Of a DNA stretch of 41,204 nucleotides, positions 1 through 9,814 are shown piece by piece. Within the stretch, counting starts at the first letter, position 1. Every line of letters begins with the position of its first letter. Source of the DNA: a virus (Duplodnaviria > Caudoviricetes); the IMG/VR virus record IMGVR_UViG_3300043391_000272, positions 1-41,204 of that record. One strand, 5' to 3'. A model generated the notes under the pieces. The model worked only from the letters and a program-made list of their open reading frames with translations. It was not told where the DNA came from and searched no databases. The position numbers and the translations under genes are program-made.

Positions 1-48
1 CTGATGGAATCATATATTCAGACTCTGAATAGAGTTTCGAAAAAGTGA
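1..48 (+). CDS. gp22: C-terminal end of prohead core scaffold protein (partial)
   Basis: Frame 1 reads LMESYIQTLNRVSKK-stop immediately upstream of gp23, the usual T4-like position of gp22. Confidence 0.7.
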   Translation: MMESYIQTLNRVSKK

Positions 49-97
49 TTTTTAAATCATAAACAAATCAAACTAACTTTTTAAAGAGGAAAAACAA

Positions 98-1471
98 ATG
101 CAAATGTTCAATGCAGAACATCTGCAGGAGAAGTGGGCACCACTCTTAGACCATTCGGGTCTTGGAGAAATCAAAGATTCTCATCGTAGAATGGTAACCG
201 CAGTTCTCCTGGAGAACCAAGAAAGAACACTCCGTGAAGAGCGTGAGTTCCTATCAGAAGGACCAACCAACTCAGGTAATGGAGTTGGTGGATCAGGTGC
301 TTTTGGTGGATCAGCATCTTCACCTGTTGCAGGTTTCGATCCAGTTCTGATCTCCTTGATCAGACGCGCAATGCCTAACTTGGTCGCTTATGACCTCGCA
401 GGCGTTCAACCAATGAACGGTCCTACCGGACTTATCTTCGCAATGCGTTCACGTTACACCAATCAGAGTGGTACTGAAGCATTCTTCAACGAAGCAGATA
501 CAAGATTCTCTACTCAGAATGCTGCTGGTACTCTTGGACAAACTGGTATCGGTACTACCGCTGCTCAGTCAGGTACAAACCCATCAGTTCTTAACGACAC
601 CCCAACTGCAGGTACATACAACCTTTCAGGTGGTATGGCAACTGGTGACTCTGAGAACCTTGGAACTACTTCGGGTGGTCAGTTCAACGAGATGGCATTC
701 TCAATCGAGAAAGTCACCGTTACTGCTAAGTCAAGAGCACTCAAGGCTGAGTACTCACTTGAGCTCGCACAAGACCTCAAGGCAATTCACGGTCTGAATG
801 CAGAAGCTGAGTTGGCAAACATCTTGTCAACTGAGATTCTTGCAGAAATCAACCGTGAAGTCATCCGTACCATCTATAACGTTGCTAAGCCTGGTGCTCA
901 AGCAAACGTTGCTACTGCTGGTACTTTCGACCTTGACGTTGACTCCAATGGTCGTTGGTCAGTTGAGAAGTTCAAGGGACTTATCTTCCAAATCGAGCGT
1001 GATGCGAACGCAATCGCACAGCAAACTCGTAGAGGAAAGGGTAACATGATCCTCTGCTCGGCAGACGTTGCTTCGGCACTCACCATGGCAGGTGTTCTTG
1101 ATTACACCCCAGCACTCAACGCAAACCTTAACGTTGATGACACCGGCAACACCTTCGCAGGTGTTCTTCAAGGCAAGTATAAGGTCTTTATCGATCCTTA
1201 TGCTGCTAACGTATCTGCTAACCAGTACTACGTTGTTGGTTATAAGGGTTCTTCCCCTTATGACGCAGGTATCTTCTACTGCCCTTATGTTCCCCTCCAA
1301 ATGGTTCGTGCCGTTGGTGAGAACACCTTCCAACCAAAAATTGGATTTAAGACTCGTTATGGTATCGTTGCTAACCCATTCGCTAAGGGTTTCAGTGATT
1401 CCAATCCTGGAGTTGTCGAAGCTAACACTAACGCATACTACAGAAGAGTCAAGGTTACTAACCTTATGTGA
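98..1471 (+). CDS. gp23: Major capsid protein
   Basis: FDPVLISLIRRAMPNL, GVQPMNGPTGLIFAMRSRY, YCPYVPL, FQPKIGFKTRYG are gp23 hallmarks; GAGGA RBS upstream. Confidence 0.99.
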   Translation: MQMFNAEHLQEKWAPLLDHSGLGEIKDSHRRMVTAVLLENQERTLREEREFLSEGPTNSGNGVGGSGAFGGSASSPVAGFDPVLISLIRRAMPNLVAYDLAGVQPMNGPTGLIFAMRSRYTNQSGTEAFFNEADTRFSTQNAAGTLGQTGIGTTAAQSGTNPSVLNDTPTAGTYNLSGGMATGDSENLGTTSGGQFNEMAFSIEKVTVTAKSRALKAEYSLELAQDLKAIHGLNAEAELANILSTEILAEINREVIRTIYNVAKPGAQANVATAGTFDLDVDSNGRWSVEKFKGLIFQIERDANAIAQQTRRGKGNMILCSADVASALTMAGVLDYTPALNANLNVDDTGNTFAGVLQGKYKVFIDPYAANVSANQYYVVGYKGSSPYDAGIFYCPYVPLQMVRAVGENTFQPKIGFKTRYGIVANPFAKGFSDSNPGVVEANTNAYYRRVKVTNLM

Positions 1472-1491
1472 GTCTTTCTCACATTTCTTCA

Positions 1492-1519
1492 GGGGGATCC
1501 TTCGGGGTCCCTTTTTTTT
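1492..1519 (+). terminator. Rho-independent terminator after gp23
   Basis: GGGATCC-TTCG-GGGTCCC stem-loop followed by T8. Confidence 0.9.
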
Positions 1520-1522
1520 ATC

Positions 1523-1528
1523 TAAATA
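1523..1528 (+). promoter_or_regulatory. T4-type late promoter (TAAATA) for gp3
   Basis: TAAATA directly after the terminator, 14 nt before the ATG. Confidence 0.7.
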
Positions 1529-1541
1529 AAAATAAAAGATT

Positions 1542-2090
1542 ATGTCTTCGTCACCTTTTGCCAATCAAATAGGCAATAGAAATTTTTTATCACCTGTTGG
1601 ATTTAAATTTACTTTGGCAAAGGAACCTAAAGTAACATTTTTTTGCAACTCAACAAGAATTCCAGAAATCAATTTAGAAGTTGTGCAGCAACCATCATAT
1701 CTAAAAGATATTGATGTACCGGGTGATAAATTAACCTATGGTGACTTATCAATTAGATTTCTGGTTGATGAGAATATGGAAAATTATATGGCAGTTCATA
1801 ATTGGTTGACCGGTCTTGGTTTCCCGGAAACAACAGAACAGTTTACAAAACTAACAACAACAGATGGTGGAATAAGGGATCAAAAGGAAGCATTCAGTGA
1901 TGGTAGTTTGTATATTCTTAATAGTAATTTTAGAAGTACAGCAGTTGTTAAATTTAAAGATCTATTTCCAGTATCATTAACATCATTAGAGTTTGATGCA
2001 ACTCCGAATGATATCCAGTACTTTACAGCAGAGGCATCTTTCAAGTATACTGTGTATAATATCCTAGGAAACGATAATCAACCCCTATGA
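1542..2090 (+). CDS. gp3: Tail tube terminator / tail completion protein
   Basis: NRNFLSPVGFKF, PGDKLTYGDL, FKDLFPVSL; position between gp23 and uvsY. Confidence 0.85.
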   Translation: MSSSPFANQIGNRNFLSPVGFKFTLAKEPKVTFFCNSTRIPEINLEVVQQPSYLKDIDVPGDKLTYGDLSIRFLVDENMENYMAVHNWLTGLGFPETTEQFTKLTTTDGGIRDQKEAFSDGSLYILNSNFRSTAVVKFKDLFPVSLTSLEFDATPNDIQYFTAEASFKYTVYNILGNDNQPL

Positions 2091-2524
2091 ATCTTGATGA
2101 AATCCAGGAGATGTGGCAGAGAGATTCTGTCATTGATCCTGACAACCTACATGATGAATCCCTAAAAATTCCTCAATTACATTCCAAATACTATACACTT
2201 TACAATACAATTACTCTTCTTCGTGAGAAAGCAAGAGAAACTTACAATAGAGTGCGTCTAGAACGTTACAACTACTACACAGGAAAGGCACCAGCAGAGG
2301 TTTATGTAGAGGACCCATTCCCATATAAGGTAAGAGAAAAGGATGCCATAGAGAGGTATATGAGTGCAGACGAGAGACTCTCTAAAATAGACTTGAAGAT
2401 AAGATATTATGACATTATGCTCAAGTTTTTAGAAGAGATTATTAAGACAGTTTCTAACAGAACTTATCAAATCAAGAATGCTATTGAGTTTATGAGATTT
2501 ACTGCCGGATATGGAGGTCCGTAA
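2087..2524 (+). CDS. uvsY: Recombination mediator UvsY
   Basis: ESLKIPQLHSKY and NRTYQIKNAIEF motifs; synteny. Confidence 0.92.
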   Translation: MNLDEIQEMWQRDSVIDPDNLHDESLKIPQLHSKYYTLYNTITLLREKARETYNRVRLERYNYYTGKAPAEVYVEDPFPYKVREKDAIERYMSADERLSKIDLKIRYYDIMLKFLEEIIKTVSNRTYQIKNAIEFMRFTAGYGGP

Positions 2525-2527
2525 TAT

Positions 2528-2535
2528 TATAAATA
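2528..2535 (+). promoter_or_regulatory. Late promoter TATAAATA for the homing endonuclease
   Basis: Exact T4 late consensus just upstream of the ATG at 2557. Confidence 0.75.
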
Positions 2536-2556
2536 CTTAATAATGCGATAGATGAT

Positions 2557-3093
2557 ATGTATTCTGTTTATTGGATAAAATATACAAATCACATAGACCC
2601 ATATAAAGAAGGATATATTGGAATATCAAATGACCCAACAAAAAGGTTTGTTGAGCATAAGAAGTATTCTAAAGACAATAATATGGTAAAAGGTGCTATA
2701 CAGAAAGGTGCCTTTATTGAAATTCTTCATAATAATTTAAGTCAAAATGATGCATTAGAAATAGAAAAATCTTATAGACCAAAAGAGTTAATTGGTTGGA
2801 ATTTGTGCGAAGGGGGACAAATGCCTCCAAAAAGATTGGGAGTCAAATATAAAGAAGGAAAACAAATCCTTAAAGGAGAAGATAGAACAGAAATCCAACA
2901 AAAAGCATCTAAAAAACATAGTGAAAAAATGAGAGGAAATATTCCCTGGAATAAAGGTAAAAGTGGGTTTAGGGGTCCAGTAAAACCTTGCATTTATAAA
3001 GGAATTAAATTTAATTCTAGAACGGAAGCAGCAGCACATTTTGGTGTTACAGTTAGTGCAATTACTTTATGGATAAAGAAGCACTCCAGTTGA
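2557..3093 (+). mobile_element. Free-standing GIY-YIG (Seg-like) homing endonuclease with NUMOD-like and C-terminal HTH motifs
   Basis: VYWI...GYIGISNDPTKRFVEH, WNLCEGG, PWNKGK, FNSRTEAAAHFGV; AT-rich insert between uvsY and uvsW. Confidence 0.85.
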
Positions 3094-3125
3094 TAAGATA
3101 AATACCTATAACTGATATTTTATGA

Positions 3126-4595
3126 ATGAGTCATTTGATTATATCAAAAAAGAATGAAGTATATCTGCACATCAAAGCAGAACCTCACATTTATTATGAA
3201 CTAGCAGACCAGTTCACATTTGAGGTTCCTAATGCAAAATTCAGTCCCCAGTATAAAAACAAATACTGGGACGGAAAGATTCGTCTATTTAACACACAGA
3301 CAGGTGAGATTTATATTGGACTCTTAGACAGAATTATTCGATTCTGTGAGGATCATGAATACACATATGAATTTGCAGACAATAAGTTCTATGGACTTCC
3401 CTTTGAGATAAATGAGGGAATCTCAAAGGAAGGTGTAAAGGATTACATGACTGCAATCAGTAGACACGCCCCACGCGACTATCAAGTTGAGGGAGTATAC
3501 GACGCCTTGCGACATAATCGAAAATTATTGATATCTCCAACTGCTTCTGGAAAGTCGTTGATGATATATTCTGTTGTGAGATATTACGTTGAGAAGCAGC
3601 AAAATATTCTGATAGTTGTGCCGACGACTTCCCTTGTAGAACAAATGTATAAAGATTTTGCAGATTATGGATGGGATGTTGGTTCATACTGCCACAAGAT
3701 ATACGCTGGTAAGGAAAGAGAAACTGATTCCCAAGTTATTATTACCACCTGGCAAAGTATTTACAAATTGCCCAAGCAGTATTTTTCCAGATTTAATGTA
3801 GTCGTAGGAGATGAGGCACACCAATTTAAATCCAAGTCATTAATATCTATAATGACAAAACTTTGTGATGCAAAATATAGATTTGGTTTTACTGGAACTC
3901 TAGATGGAAGTCAAACTCATAAGTGGGTATTAGAAGGATTATTTGGACCTTCATATAAGATTATCAATACAGATGAACTTATGAAGAAAGGTCATCTAGC
4001 AAAATTAGACATCAAAATACTTCTATTGAAACACCCACCAAATCGATTTGATATCTTTGAGGATGAGGTACAGTATATTATCAATCATTCCAAACGAAAT
4101 AACTTTATTAAGAATCTTACTTTAGATTTAAAAGGAAATACTCTTGTCCTATTTTCAAGAGTAGAAGGTCACGGACAGCCTTTATACGATCTCATAAATA
4201 ATAGTAAGGTTGATGAACGCCATGTTTTCTTCATTCATGGTGGAGTGGAAACTGAAGAAAGAGAAAGAGTTCGGGAAATAACCGAGAAGGAATCAAACGC
4301 AATTATTGTAGCATCTTATGGCACTTTTTCTACCGGCATTAATATTCGTAACTTACATAATGTTGTGTTTGCGTCACCATCGAAATCGAGAATTAGAAAT
4401 CTTCAATCTATCGGCAGAGTACTTAGAAAAGGGGAAAACAAAGTAAAAGCAACTTTATATGACATTGCCGATGATATCAGTTATAAATCAAGAAAAAATT
4501 ATACACTCAATCACCTAATAGAAAGAATTAAAATTTATAACGAAGAAAACTTTAATTACGATATTGTAAATATACCACTAAAAACTAATGAGTGA
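3126..4595 (+). CDS. uvsW: RNA-DNA/DNA helicase UvsW
   Basis: SF2 motifs SPTASGKS, DEAH, QSIGRVLR; TAAATA late promoter at 3099-3104. Confidence 0.97.
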   Translation: MSHLIISKKNEVYLHIKAEPHIYYELADQFTFEVPNAKFSPQYKNKYWDGKIRLFNTQTGEIYIGLLDRIIRFCEDHEYTYEFADNKFYGLPFEINEGISKEGVKDYMTAISRHAPRDYQVEGVYDALRHNRKLLISPTASGKSLMIYSVVRYYVEKQQNILIVVPTTSLVEQMYKDFADYGWDVGSYCHKIYAGKERETDSQVIITTWQSIYKLPKQYFSRFNVVVGDEAHQFKSKSLISIMTKLCDAKYRFGFTGTLDGSQTHKWVLEGLFGPSYKIINTDELMKKGHLAKLDIKILLLKHPPNRFDIFEDEVQYIINHSKRNNFIKNLTLDLKGNTLVLFSRVEGHGQPLYDLINNSKVDERHVFFIHGGVETEERERVREITEKESNAIIVASYGTFSTGINIRNLHNVVFASPSKSRIRNLQSIGRVLRKGENKVKATLYDIADDISYKSRKNYTLNHLIERIKIYNEENFNYDIVNIPLKTNE

Positions 4596-4995
4596 AGATT
4601 TCTATTGTGTATTAAAATTAGTGTCGGGTGAAGAGATTCTATCGTTAGTCTCTGTGGATGAAAATGATGGAGACCCTATCGTAGTGCTTCAAAATCCTGT
4701 GATTATGGAATTGATTGATAGGAAAGATGTATCATATGTAAAAGTAAGACCCTGGATGGAATTACCTAATGATGATTTCTTTATGGTAAAATTAGATAAG
4801 ATAATCACAATGACTGAGACTACCGATAGAAAATTAATTGATGTCTATACAAAATATTTAAATAATGATGATAGTATAGATGTTTATAAATCTAGTGGTG
4901 AAGTAAAAGTATCAAATGATATGGGATATATCTCTTCAGTAGAGGATGCTCGCAAGAAACTTGAAGAGATATATAAAGGTATTAAAGAAATCTAG
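4588..4995 (+). CDS. Conserved T4-like hypothetical protein (possible Sm-like fold)
   Basis: LKLVSGEEI N-terminus; overlaps the uvsW stop; usual position before gp55. Confidence 0.7.
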   Translation: MSEDFYCVLKLVSGEEILSLVSVDENDGDPIVVLQNPVIMELIDRKDVSYVKVRPWMELPNDDFFMVKLDKIITMTETTDRKLIDVYTKYLNNDDSIDVYKSSGEVKVSNDMGYISSVEDARKKLEEIYKGIKEI

Positions 4996-5000
4996 TACTC

Positions 5001-5055
5001 ATCTTTAACCGGGACAAACCTAGTCTATACGCAATTCAATAACTTGTCAAGCCCC
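5001..5055 (-). repeat. Copy 1 of an inverted promoter/leader element (TTGACA-17-TAGACT-AGGTTTGTCCCGGTT)
   Basis: Reverse complement matches 39344-39398: 14/14, then 11 unrelated nt, then 29/30. Confidence 0.9.
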
Positions 5056-5072
5056 TTAATGTGTGGTATAAT
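5044..5072 (+). promoter_or_regulatory. Sigma70-type promoter for gp55
   Basis: TTGTCA-17nt-TATAAT with a TG extended -10. Confidence 0.8.
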
Positions 5073-5106
5073 TAACTTAACTTATTAATGAGTAAATGAG
5101 ACCATC

Positions 5107-5628
5107 ATGGCAAAAAAGAAATCAGAGCATTATGTAAACAATAAAGAATTGTTAGAAGCAATGATAGTGTATCGCAGTAAAGTTGCGAAAGCACGGGAAC
5201 TATTCGTTGAAAAATATGATACAGAACCACCAAAGTCAGGCCCTTGGGAAGGAAAACCCAGGATTCCCAACTACCTAGGTGATTGCTTCTTAAAGATTGC
5301 TACTCATTTATCCTATAAACCAAATTTCGTTAATTATATGTTCCGTGAGGATATGATTTCTGACGGAATTGAGAACTGCGTCCAGTATATTCATAACTTT
5401 AATCCTGAAAGGTCTCAGAATCCATTTGCATATTTTACTCAAATCATTCATTATGCATTTTTGCGTAGAATTCAAAAAGAAAAGAAACAATTAGAGATTA
5501 AAAATAAAATCATTGAACGCACTGGATTTGATGAGGTTATGGTGATAGACGACAACTTGCTTTCTGGGAACAATTCGGAGTACAATAGTATGAAGGACAA
5601 CATCCAATACAGAAACGGAAACCGATGA
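5107..5628 (+). CDS. gp55: Late transcription sigma factor
   Basis: HYVNNKEL, KPNFVNYMFREDMISDGIENC, NPFAYFTQII. Confidence 0.97.
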   Translation: MAKKKSEHYVNNKELLEAMIVYRSKVAKARELFVEKYDTEPPKSGPWEGKPRIPNYLGDCFLKIATHLSYKPNFVNYMFREDMISDGIENCVQYIHNFNPERSQNPFAYFTQIIHYAFLRRIQKEKKQLEIKNKIIERTGFDEVMVIDDNLLSGNNSEYNSMKDNIQYRNGNR

Positions 5629-6662
5629 AAATTGCCATCATCACCGACAGTCACTACGGTGCCAAAAAAGGTTCAAAGCATCTTCATGACCACTTTGAAC
5701 TTTTCTACAAGAATGTTTTCTTTCCTGCCCTAGAAGAGTACGGGATAAAGACAGTCATTCATATGGGTGATGCATTTGATAGTCGCAAGTCAATTGATTA
5801 TCAAAGTCTGGAATGGGCAAAGAGGGTTGTATTTGAACCTCTGCGTGAGTATGATGTTCATATGATTGTTGGAAACCACGATTGTTATTATAAAAATACC
5901 AATCACGTTAACTCCCCAGATCTTCTTCTCAAGACTTATCCAAATATCAAAACTTATAGTTCTCCGACAAATACAAAAGTTTGTGGAATTGATATGACCT
6001 TTATTCCTTGGATTTGTAGTGAGAATCACGAAGAAACAATGAATGTAATTAATAAGTCTAAGGCAAAGGTTGCAATGGGACACCTAGAACTTCAAGGTTT
6101 CCGTGTAAATAAAAATCTAATTATGGAGGACCATGGACTGGATTCAAATATTTTTTCAAAGTTCACAAAGGTATTTTCTGGTCATTACCATACTCGTTCT
6201 GATAATGGACGCATCTTCTATCTTGGCAATCCTTATGAGATGTATTGGACAGATGTGAATGATACTCGTGGATTTCATATCTTTGATACGGAAACCCTAG
6301 AACATACACCAATCAATAATCCTTATAAATTATTCTATAATCTTTATTATGAGGATACTCCTTATCAGACATTTGATGCTCGGGAGTATGAAAATAAGAT
6401 TGTAAAGATTATTGTTCGTAAAAAAACAAAAGCAAAGGATTTTGAAAAGTTTGTAGATAAATTATATACAGCAGGAATTCAAGATCTTAAAATTATTGAG
6501 AACTTTGAAATACAAGAAAGTGAGGACTTTGCAATTGATGAAGAAGAGAATACTATTTCAATTCTAAATCGTTATATTGATGAGTCTGAAGTTCAGTTTG
6601 ATAAAAATATCATCAAAGGAATCCTACAAAATCTTTATAAAGAGGCTTGCGAAGTTGAGTAA
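5625..6662 (+). CDS. gp47: Recombination endonuclease subunit (Mre11/SbcD-like)
   Basis: Phosphoesterase motifs DSHYG, GDAFD, GNHD, GHYH. Confidence 0.96.
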   Translation: MKIAIITDSHYGAKKGSKHLHDHFELFYKNVFFPALEEYGIKTVIHMGDAFDSRKSIDYQSLEWAKRVVFEPLREYDVHMIVGNHDCYYKNTNHVNSPDLLLKTYPNIKTYSSPTNTKVCGIDMTFIPWICSENHEETMNVINKSKAKVAMGHLELQGFRVNKNLIMEDHGLDSNIFSKFTKVFSGHYHTRSDNGRIFYLGNPYEMYWTDVNDTRGFHIFDTETLEHTPINNPYKLFYNLYYEDTPYQTFDAREYENKIVKIIVRKKTKAKDFEKFVDKLYTAGIQDLKIIENFEIQESEDFAIDEEENTISILNRYIDESEVQFDKNIIKGILQNLYKEACEVE

Positions 6663-6928
6663 TGTTTCTTCTTACACTTAAAGATCAGAAGGGGGACGGT
6701 GCATTTGCCGTCCAAGATAAGTATGGTGAAAAGGTCTTATTTCTCTTTGAGGAAGAGGATGATGCGACTCGTTATGCCTTGATGTTAGAAGACCAAGAAG
6801 AAAAAGAAATGGATGTAGTAGAAGTAGATGATGAGTTTGCCATAAAGACTTGTAGGATGTATAATTATAAGTATGCCGTGATTAAACCTGAAGACATCGT
6901 AATTCCTATTAAGAATGATAACCTTTAA
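6662..6928 (+). CDS. DUF3110-like small acidic protein
   Basis: VLFLFEEEDDATRYALMLE resembles cyanobacterial DUF3110 (from memory); coupled between gp47 and gp46. Confidence 0.6.
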   Translation: MFLLTLKDQKGDGAFAVQDKYGEKVLFLFEEEDDATRYALMLEDQEEKEMDVVEVDDEFAIKTCRMYNYKYAVIKPEDIVIPIKNDNL

Positions 6929-8630
6929 AAAAATCCGTTGGAGAAACTTTCTTTCAACCGGGAACCAGTTCACGGAAATGGACTTCCAAAAGAACCAAAC
7001 CAACCTGATTGTTGGGACAAATGGTGCCGGTAAATCCACTGTGTTGGATGCCTTGACCTTTGTATTGTTCAATCGTCCGTTTCGTAAGATTAATAAACCT
7101 CAACTTCCTAACAGCACCAACGAAAAGGATTGTCTGGTAGAGATTGAGTTTTCTGTGAATAGTCGTGAGTATTTGGTTCGTCGTGGAATTAAACCAAATG
7201 TTTTTGATATTGAAGTAAATGGAAAGCAACTTCATAAGGAAGCAGATGATCGTGCGAATCAAAAAATCCTAGAAGAGAATATTCTAAAGGTCAATTATAA
7301 GTCTTTTACACAGATTGTAATTCTGGGTTCTAGTAATTTTGTCCCCTTTATGCAACTTACTACGGCAAATCGTCGTGAGGTCATTGAAGACTTGCTGGAT
7401 ATTCGTATCTTCTCTTCAATGAATAATCTGATTAAGGAAAAGATTCGTCAGCAAAAGGAGCAGATTAAATCTCTGGACTTTAAGAAAGAATCTCTCAAAG
7501 ATAAGGTTCTGATGCAGAAAAACTTTATTGAGCAGTTGGAAAGTCGTGGAAAGGATAATATTAATTCTAATAAGAAAAAGATTACTAATTTGATTGGTGA
7601 AGTTGATGCTTATATGCTTCAAAATTCAACCACCGAAGAAAGTATCTTTGGATATACTAAGGAGCAAGAGGAAGTTATTGGTGCGACTGATAAACTGAGA
7701 AAGTTGGGAAACCTGAAAGGTAAAATCTCCCAGAAAGTATCTACAATTACCAAAGAGCACAAGTTCTTTACAGAAAATACTGTTTGCCCCACCTGCACTC
7801 AAACAATCGAAGAAGAGTTTCGGTTAAATAGAATTACTGACGCTCAAAATAGTGCTAAGGAACTTCAGAAAGGTTATAAGGACCTTGAAGAAACCATAAA
7901 ACTGGAAGAGGAGAGAGAGCGTCAATTTATTGCTCTATCTAAGGAGATTACGAAACTCAACAATGACATTTCTCAAAACAATACTAGGATTTCATCTAAC
8001 CAACGACAGGTTAGGGATTTGGAAAGTGAAATTCAAACACTTACCGAACAACTTGAAAACAAGAATACTGAGCACGAAAAGTTAGAAGAGTTTCAGACCA
8101 ATCTTCAAAAAATCTTTGAGGATTTGGGAACTAAAAAGGAAGAGATAGTTCATTATGATTTTGCGTATTCTCTTCTTAAAGATGACGGTGTAAAAACCAA
8201 AATTATTAAAAAGTATCTTCCCTTCATCAATCAACAGGTAAATCGTTACTTACAGATGATGGATTTTTATATTAATTTCCATCTTGATGAAGAGTTTAAT
8301 GAGAGCATCAAGTCTCCAATTCACGATAACTTCTCTTATAGTTCTTTTAGTGAAGGTGAGAAAATGAGAGTTGATTTGAGTTTGCTATTTACTTGGAGAG
8401 AAGTTGCAAGACTTAAGAACTCTGTGAATACGAACCTTTTAATAATGGACGAAGTTTTCGACTCATCCCTTGATGGATTTGGAACCGATGAGTTTCTTAA
8501 GATTATTCGTTATGTGATAAAGGATGCTAATATATTCGTGATTTCTCATAAGACTGGACTTGAGGACAAATTCCAAAGTGTCACAAGGTTTGATAAGAAG
8601 GGAGGATTCTCGTATAAAGTAGAAACATAA
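6915..8630 (+). CDS. gp46: Recombination ATPase subunit (Rad50/SbcC-like)
   Basis: GTNGAGKS Walker A, CPTC zinc hook, FSEGE signature, MDEVFD Walker B. Confidence 0.97.
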   Translation: MITFKKIRWRNFLSTGNQFTEMDFQKNQTNLIVGTNGAGKSTVLDALTFVLFNRPFRKINKPQLPNSTNEKDCLVEIEFSVNSREYLVRRGIKPNVFDIEVNGKQLHKEADDRANQKILEENILKVNYKSFTQIVILGSSNFVPFMQLTTANRREVIEDLLDIRIFSSMNNLIKEKIRQQKEQIKSLDFKKESLKDKVLMQKNFIEQLESRGKDNINSNKKKITNLIGEVDAYMLQNSTTEESIFGYTKEQEEVIGATDKLRKLGNLKGKISQKVSTITKEHKFFTENTVCPTCTQTIEEEFRLNRITDAQNSAKELQKGYKDLEETIKLEEERERQFIALSKEITKLNNDISQNNTRISSNQRQVRDLESEIQTLTEQLENKNTEHEKLEEFQTNLQKIFEDLGTKKEEIVHYDFAYSLLKDDGVKTKIIKKYLPFINQQVNRYLQMMDFYINFHLDEEFNESIKSPIHDNFSYSSFSEGEKMRVDLSLLFTWREVARLKNSVNTNLLIMDEVFDSSLDGFGTDEFLKIIRYVIKDANIFVISHKTGLEDKFQSVTRFDKKGGFSYKVET

Positions 8631-8641
8631 GCAAAAGGAAA

Positions 8642-8779
8642 ATGAAACTTCCAAACTGGCAACACCACTCCAAGAAGGAGCAAAAACGGACACTCAAACC
8701 GCAGGCACTCCGACAAGCAAAGGCACGACTTAAGGCATTCAAGAAAAAGCACTCTGAAAAGGGTGCTTCTTTTTTATAA
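8642..8779 (+). CDS. 45-aa basic hypothetical protein (absent from the ORF track)
   Basis: Manual translation MKLPNWQHHSKKEQKRTLKPQALRQAKARLKAFKKKHSEKGASFL; AAGGA RBS; fills the gap after gp46. Confidence 0.7.
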   Translation: MKLPNWQHHSKKEQKRTLKPQALRQAKARLKAFKKKHSEKGASFL

Positions 8780-8782
8780 ATA
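8747..8782 (+). terminator. Terminator hairpin running into late promoter TATAAATA (8775-8782)
   Basis: AAGCACTC...GGGTGCTT, then T-run, then TATAAATA. Confidence 0.65.
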
Positions 8783-8786
8783 ATTG

Positions 8787-8866
8787 AAAAGTAGTTTTAA
8801 GATGAACTCACAAGAACTTCGTGCCCTTCAAGAAGCTTATAGTCAGGTTTATGCTCCCCAAGAACT
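8787..8866 (+). repeat. 80-bp perfect direct repeat, copy 1 (leader plus start of ORF)
   Basis: Identical to 9735-9814 (offset 948). Confidence 0.95.
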
Positions 8867-9668
8867 AGATGAAGCAGAAGGTTCTTATGGACAAACTCCA
8901 AAAGCACAACAAAAAATGGGTGACCTTGCTAATAAAAGAAGGAACACTCCTGCAAGTGAATATAGTGAAAGAGGTGAAAAAAAGAAAAAAGTAGATTCTG
9001 CTTCAAGACATTTCAACAGAATGGGTAATCCTGATGCAGGGAATAGGGGTAAAAAATCAAGTAGACCTTATTATCCTGCAGGAAGAAAGGGGATGACTCA
9101 AAAAGATAGAGATTGGTCAAGAGGTGCTGATGAATATGGGCACAGTGGATATGATGGTGAAGGTGGTGGTGGGTCATTACCAAAAGGCAAGAAACTGGAA
9201 AGGCAGAAAAAAACTGGTGTGTCAGAAAGTTTTGACATCTACGACATCATTCTCTCACACCTCCTTGATGAAGGTTATGCTGATACTCAAGAAGCAGCAA
9301 CTGCTATTATGGTGAATATGAGTGAAGAGTGGAGAGAAGATATTGTGGAAAAAACTGCAATGGCTAAAAAAGGACATGATGAGACTGCAATTCGTAATAA
9401 GATTGCAAAATCAACAGGTGGTGGAGAGGCTGCTGATAGGGCAGGAGAATTGGCAGACAGAAAAACTTTTGGTCATGGTAATTCACAAGCAAGAAATAAT
9501 CTTGCAAGAGCACAAAAAGGTGATTTCCGCAAGACAACTTCCTCAAGTCCCGGTCTTCACGGATACGGGTACAAGTCGGATGACTCTGATGTAAAAGCAA
9601 AGCAGGCAGCAAGGGGGGCACAAAGAGGTGCTCTGACACCTAAAGAGAAAAAGCAATTCGGTAGATAA
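8802..9668 (+). CDS. Modular basic late protein, putative internal head polyprotein (paralog A)
   Basis: Start at ATG 8802 by identity with the 9750 ORF; leader ending ELDE, K/R/G-rich segment, 39-aa acidic spacer ending IVE, second basic segment. Confidence 0.75.
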   Translation: MNSQELRALQEAYSQVYAPQELDEAEGSYGQTPKAQQKMGDLANKRRNTPASEYSERGEKKKKVDSASRHFNRMGNPDAGNRGKKSSRPYYPAGRKGMTQKDRDWSRGADEYGHSGYDGEGGGGSLPKGKKLERQKKTGVSESFDIYDIILSHLLDEGYADTQEAATAIMVNMSEEWREDIVEKTAMAKKGHDETAIRNKIAKSTGGGEAADRAGELADRKTFGHGNSQARNNLARAQKGDFRKTTSSSPGLHGYGYKSDDSDVKAKQAARGAQRGALTPKEKKQFGR

Positions 9669-9672
9669 TTTA

Positions 9673-9729
9673 ACCACTTTTTAAACTGGCACACCAGGGG
9701 GGTCGCAAGACCTCCTTTTTTTATAAATA
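9673..9729 (+). repeat. Cassette-end element copy A (CCACTT..AACTGGCAC, GC hairpin, T-run), followed by late promoter TATAAATA
   Basis: Similar to 10520-10575 and 13075-13130; hairpin GGGGGTC-GCAA-GACCTCC. Confidence 0.85.
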
Positions 9730-9734
9730 ACTAA

Positions 9735-9814
9735 AAAAGTAGTTTTAAGATGAACTCACAAGAACTTCGTGCCCTTCAAGAAGCTTATAGTCAGGTTTAT
9801 GCTCCCCAAGAACT
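9735..9814 (+). repeat. 80-bp perfect direct repeat, copy 2
   Basis: Identical to 8787-8866. Confidence 0.95.

Noticed and set aside
959-1564. 201-aa minus-strand ORF and other alternate-frame ORFs over gp23
   Set aside because: Shadows of a strongly codon-biased gene; no motifs or RBS
8652-8663. AAACTGGCA as another promoter-motif copy
   Set aside because: Inside a coding region (PNWQ), with no TATAAT 39 nt downstream
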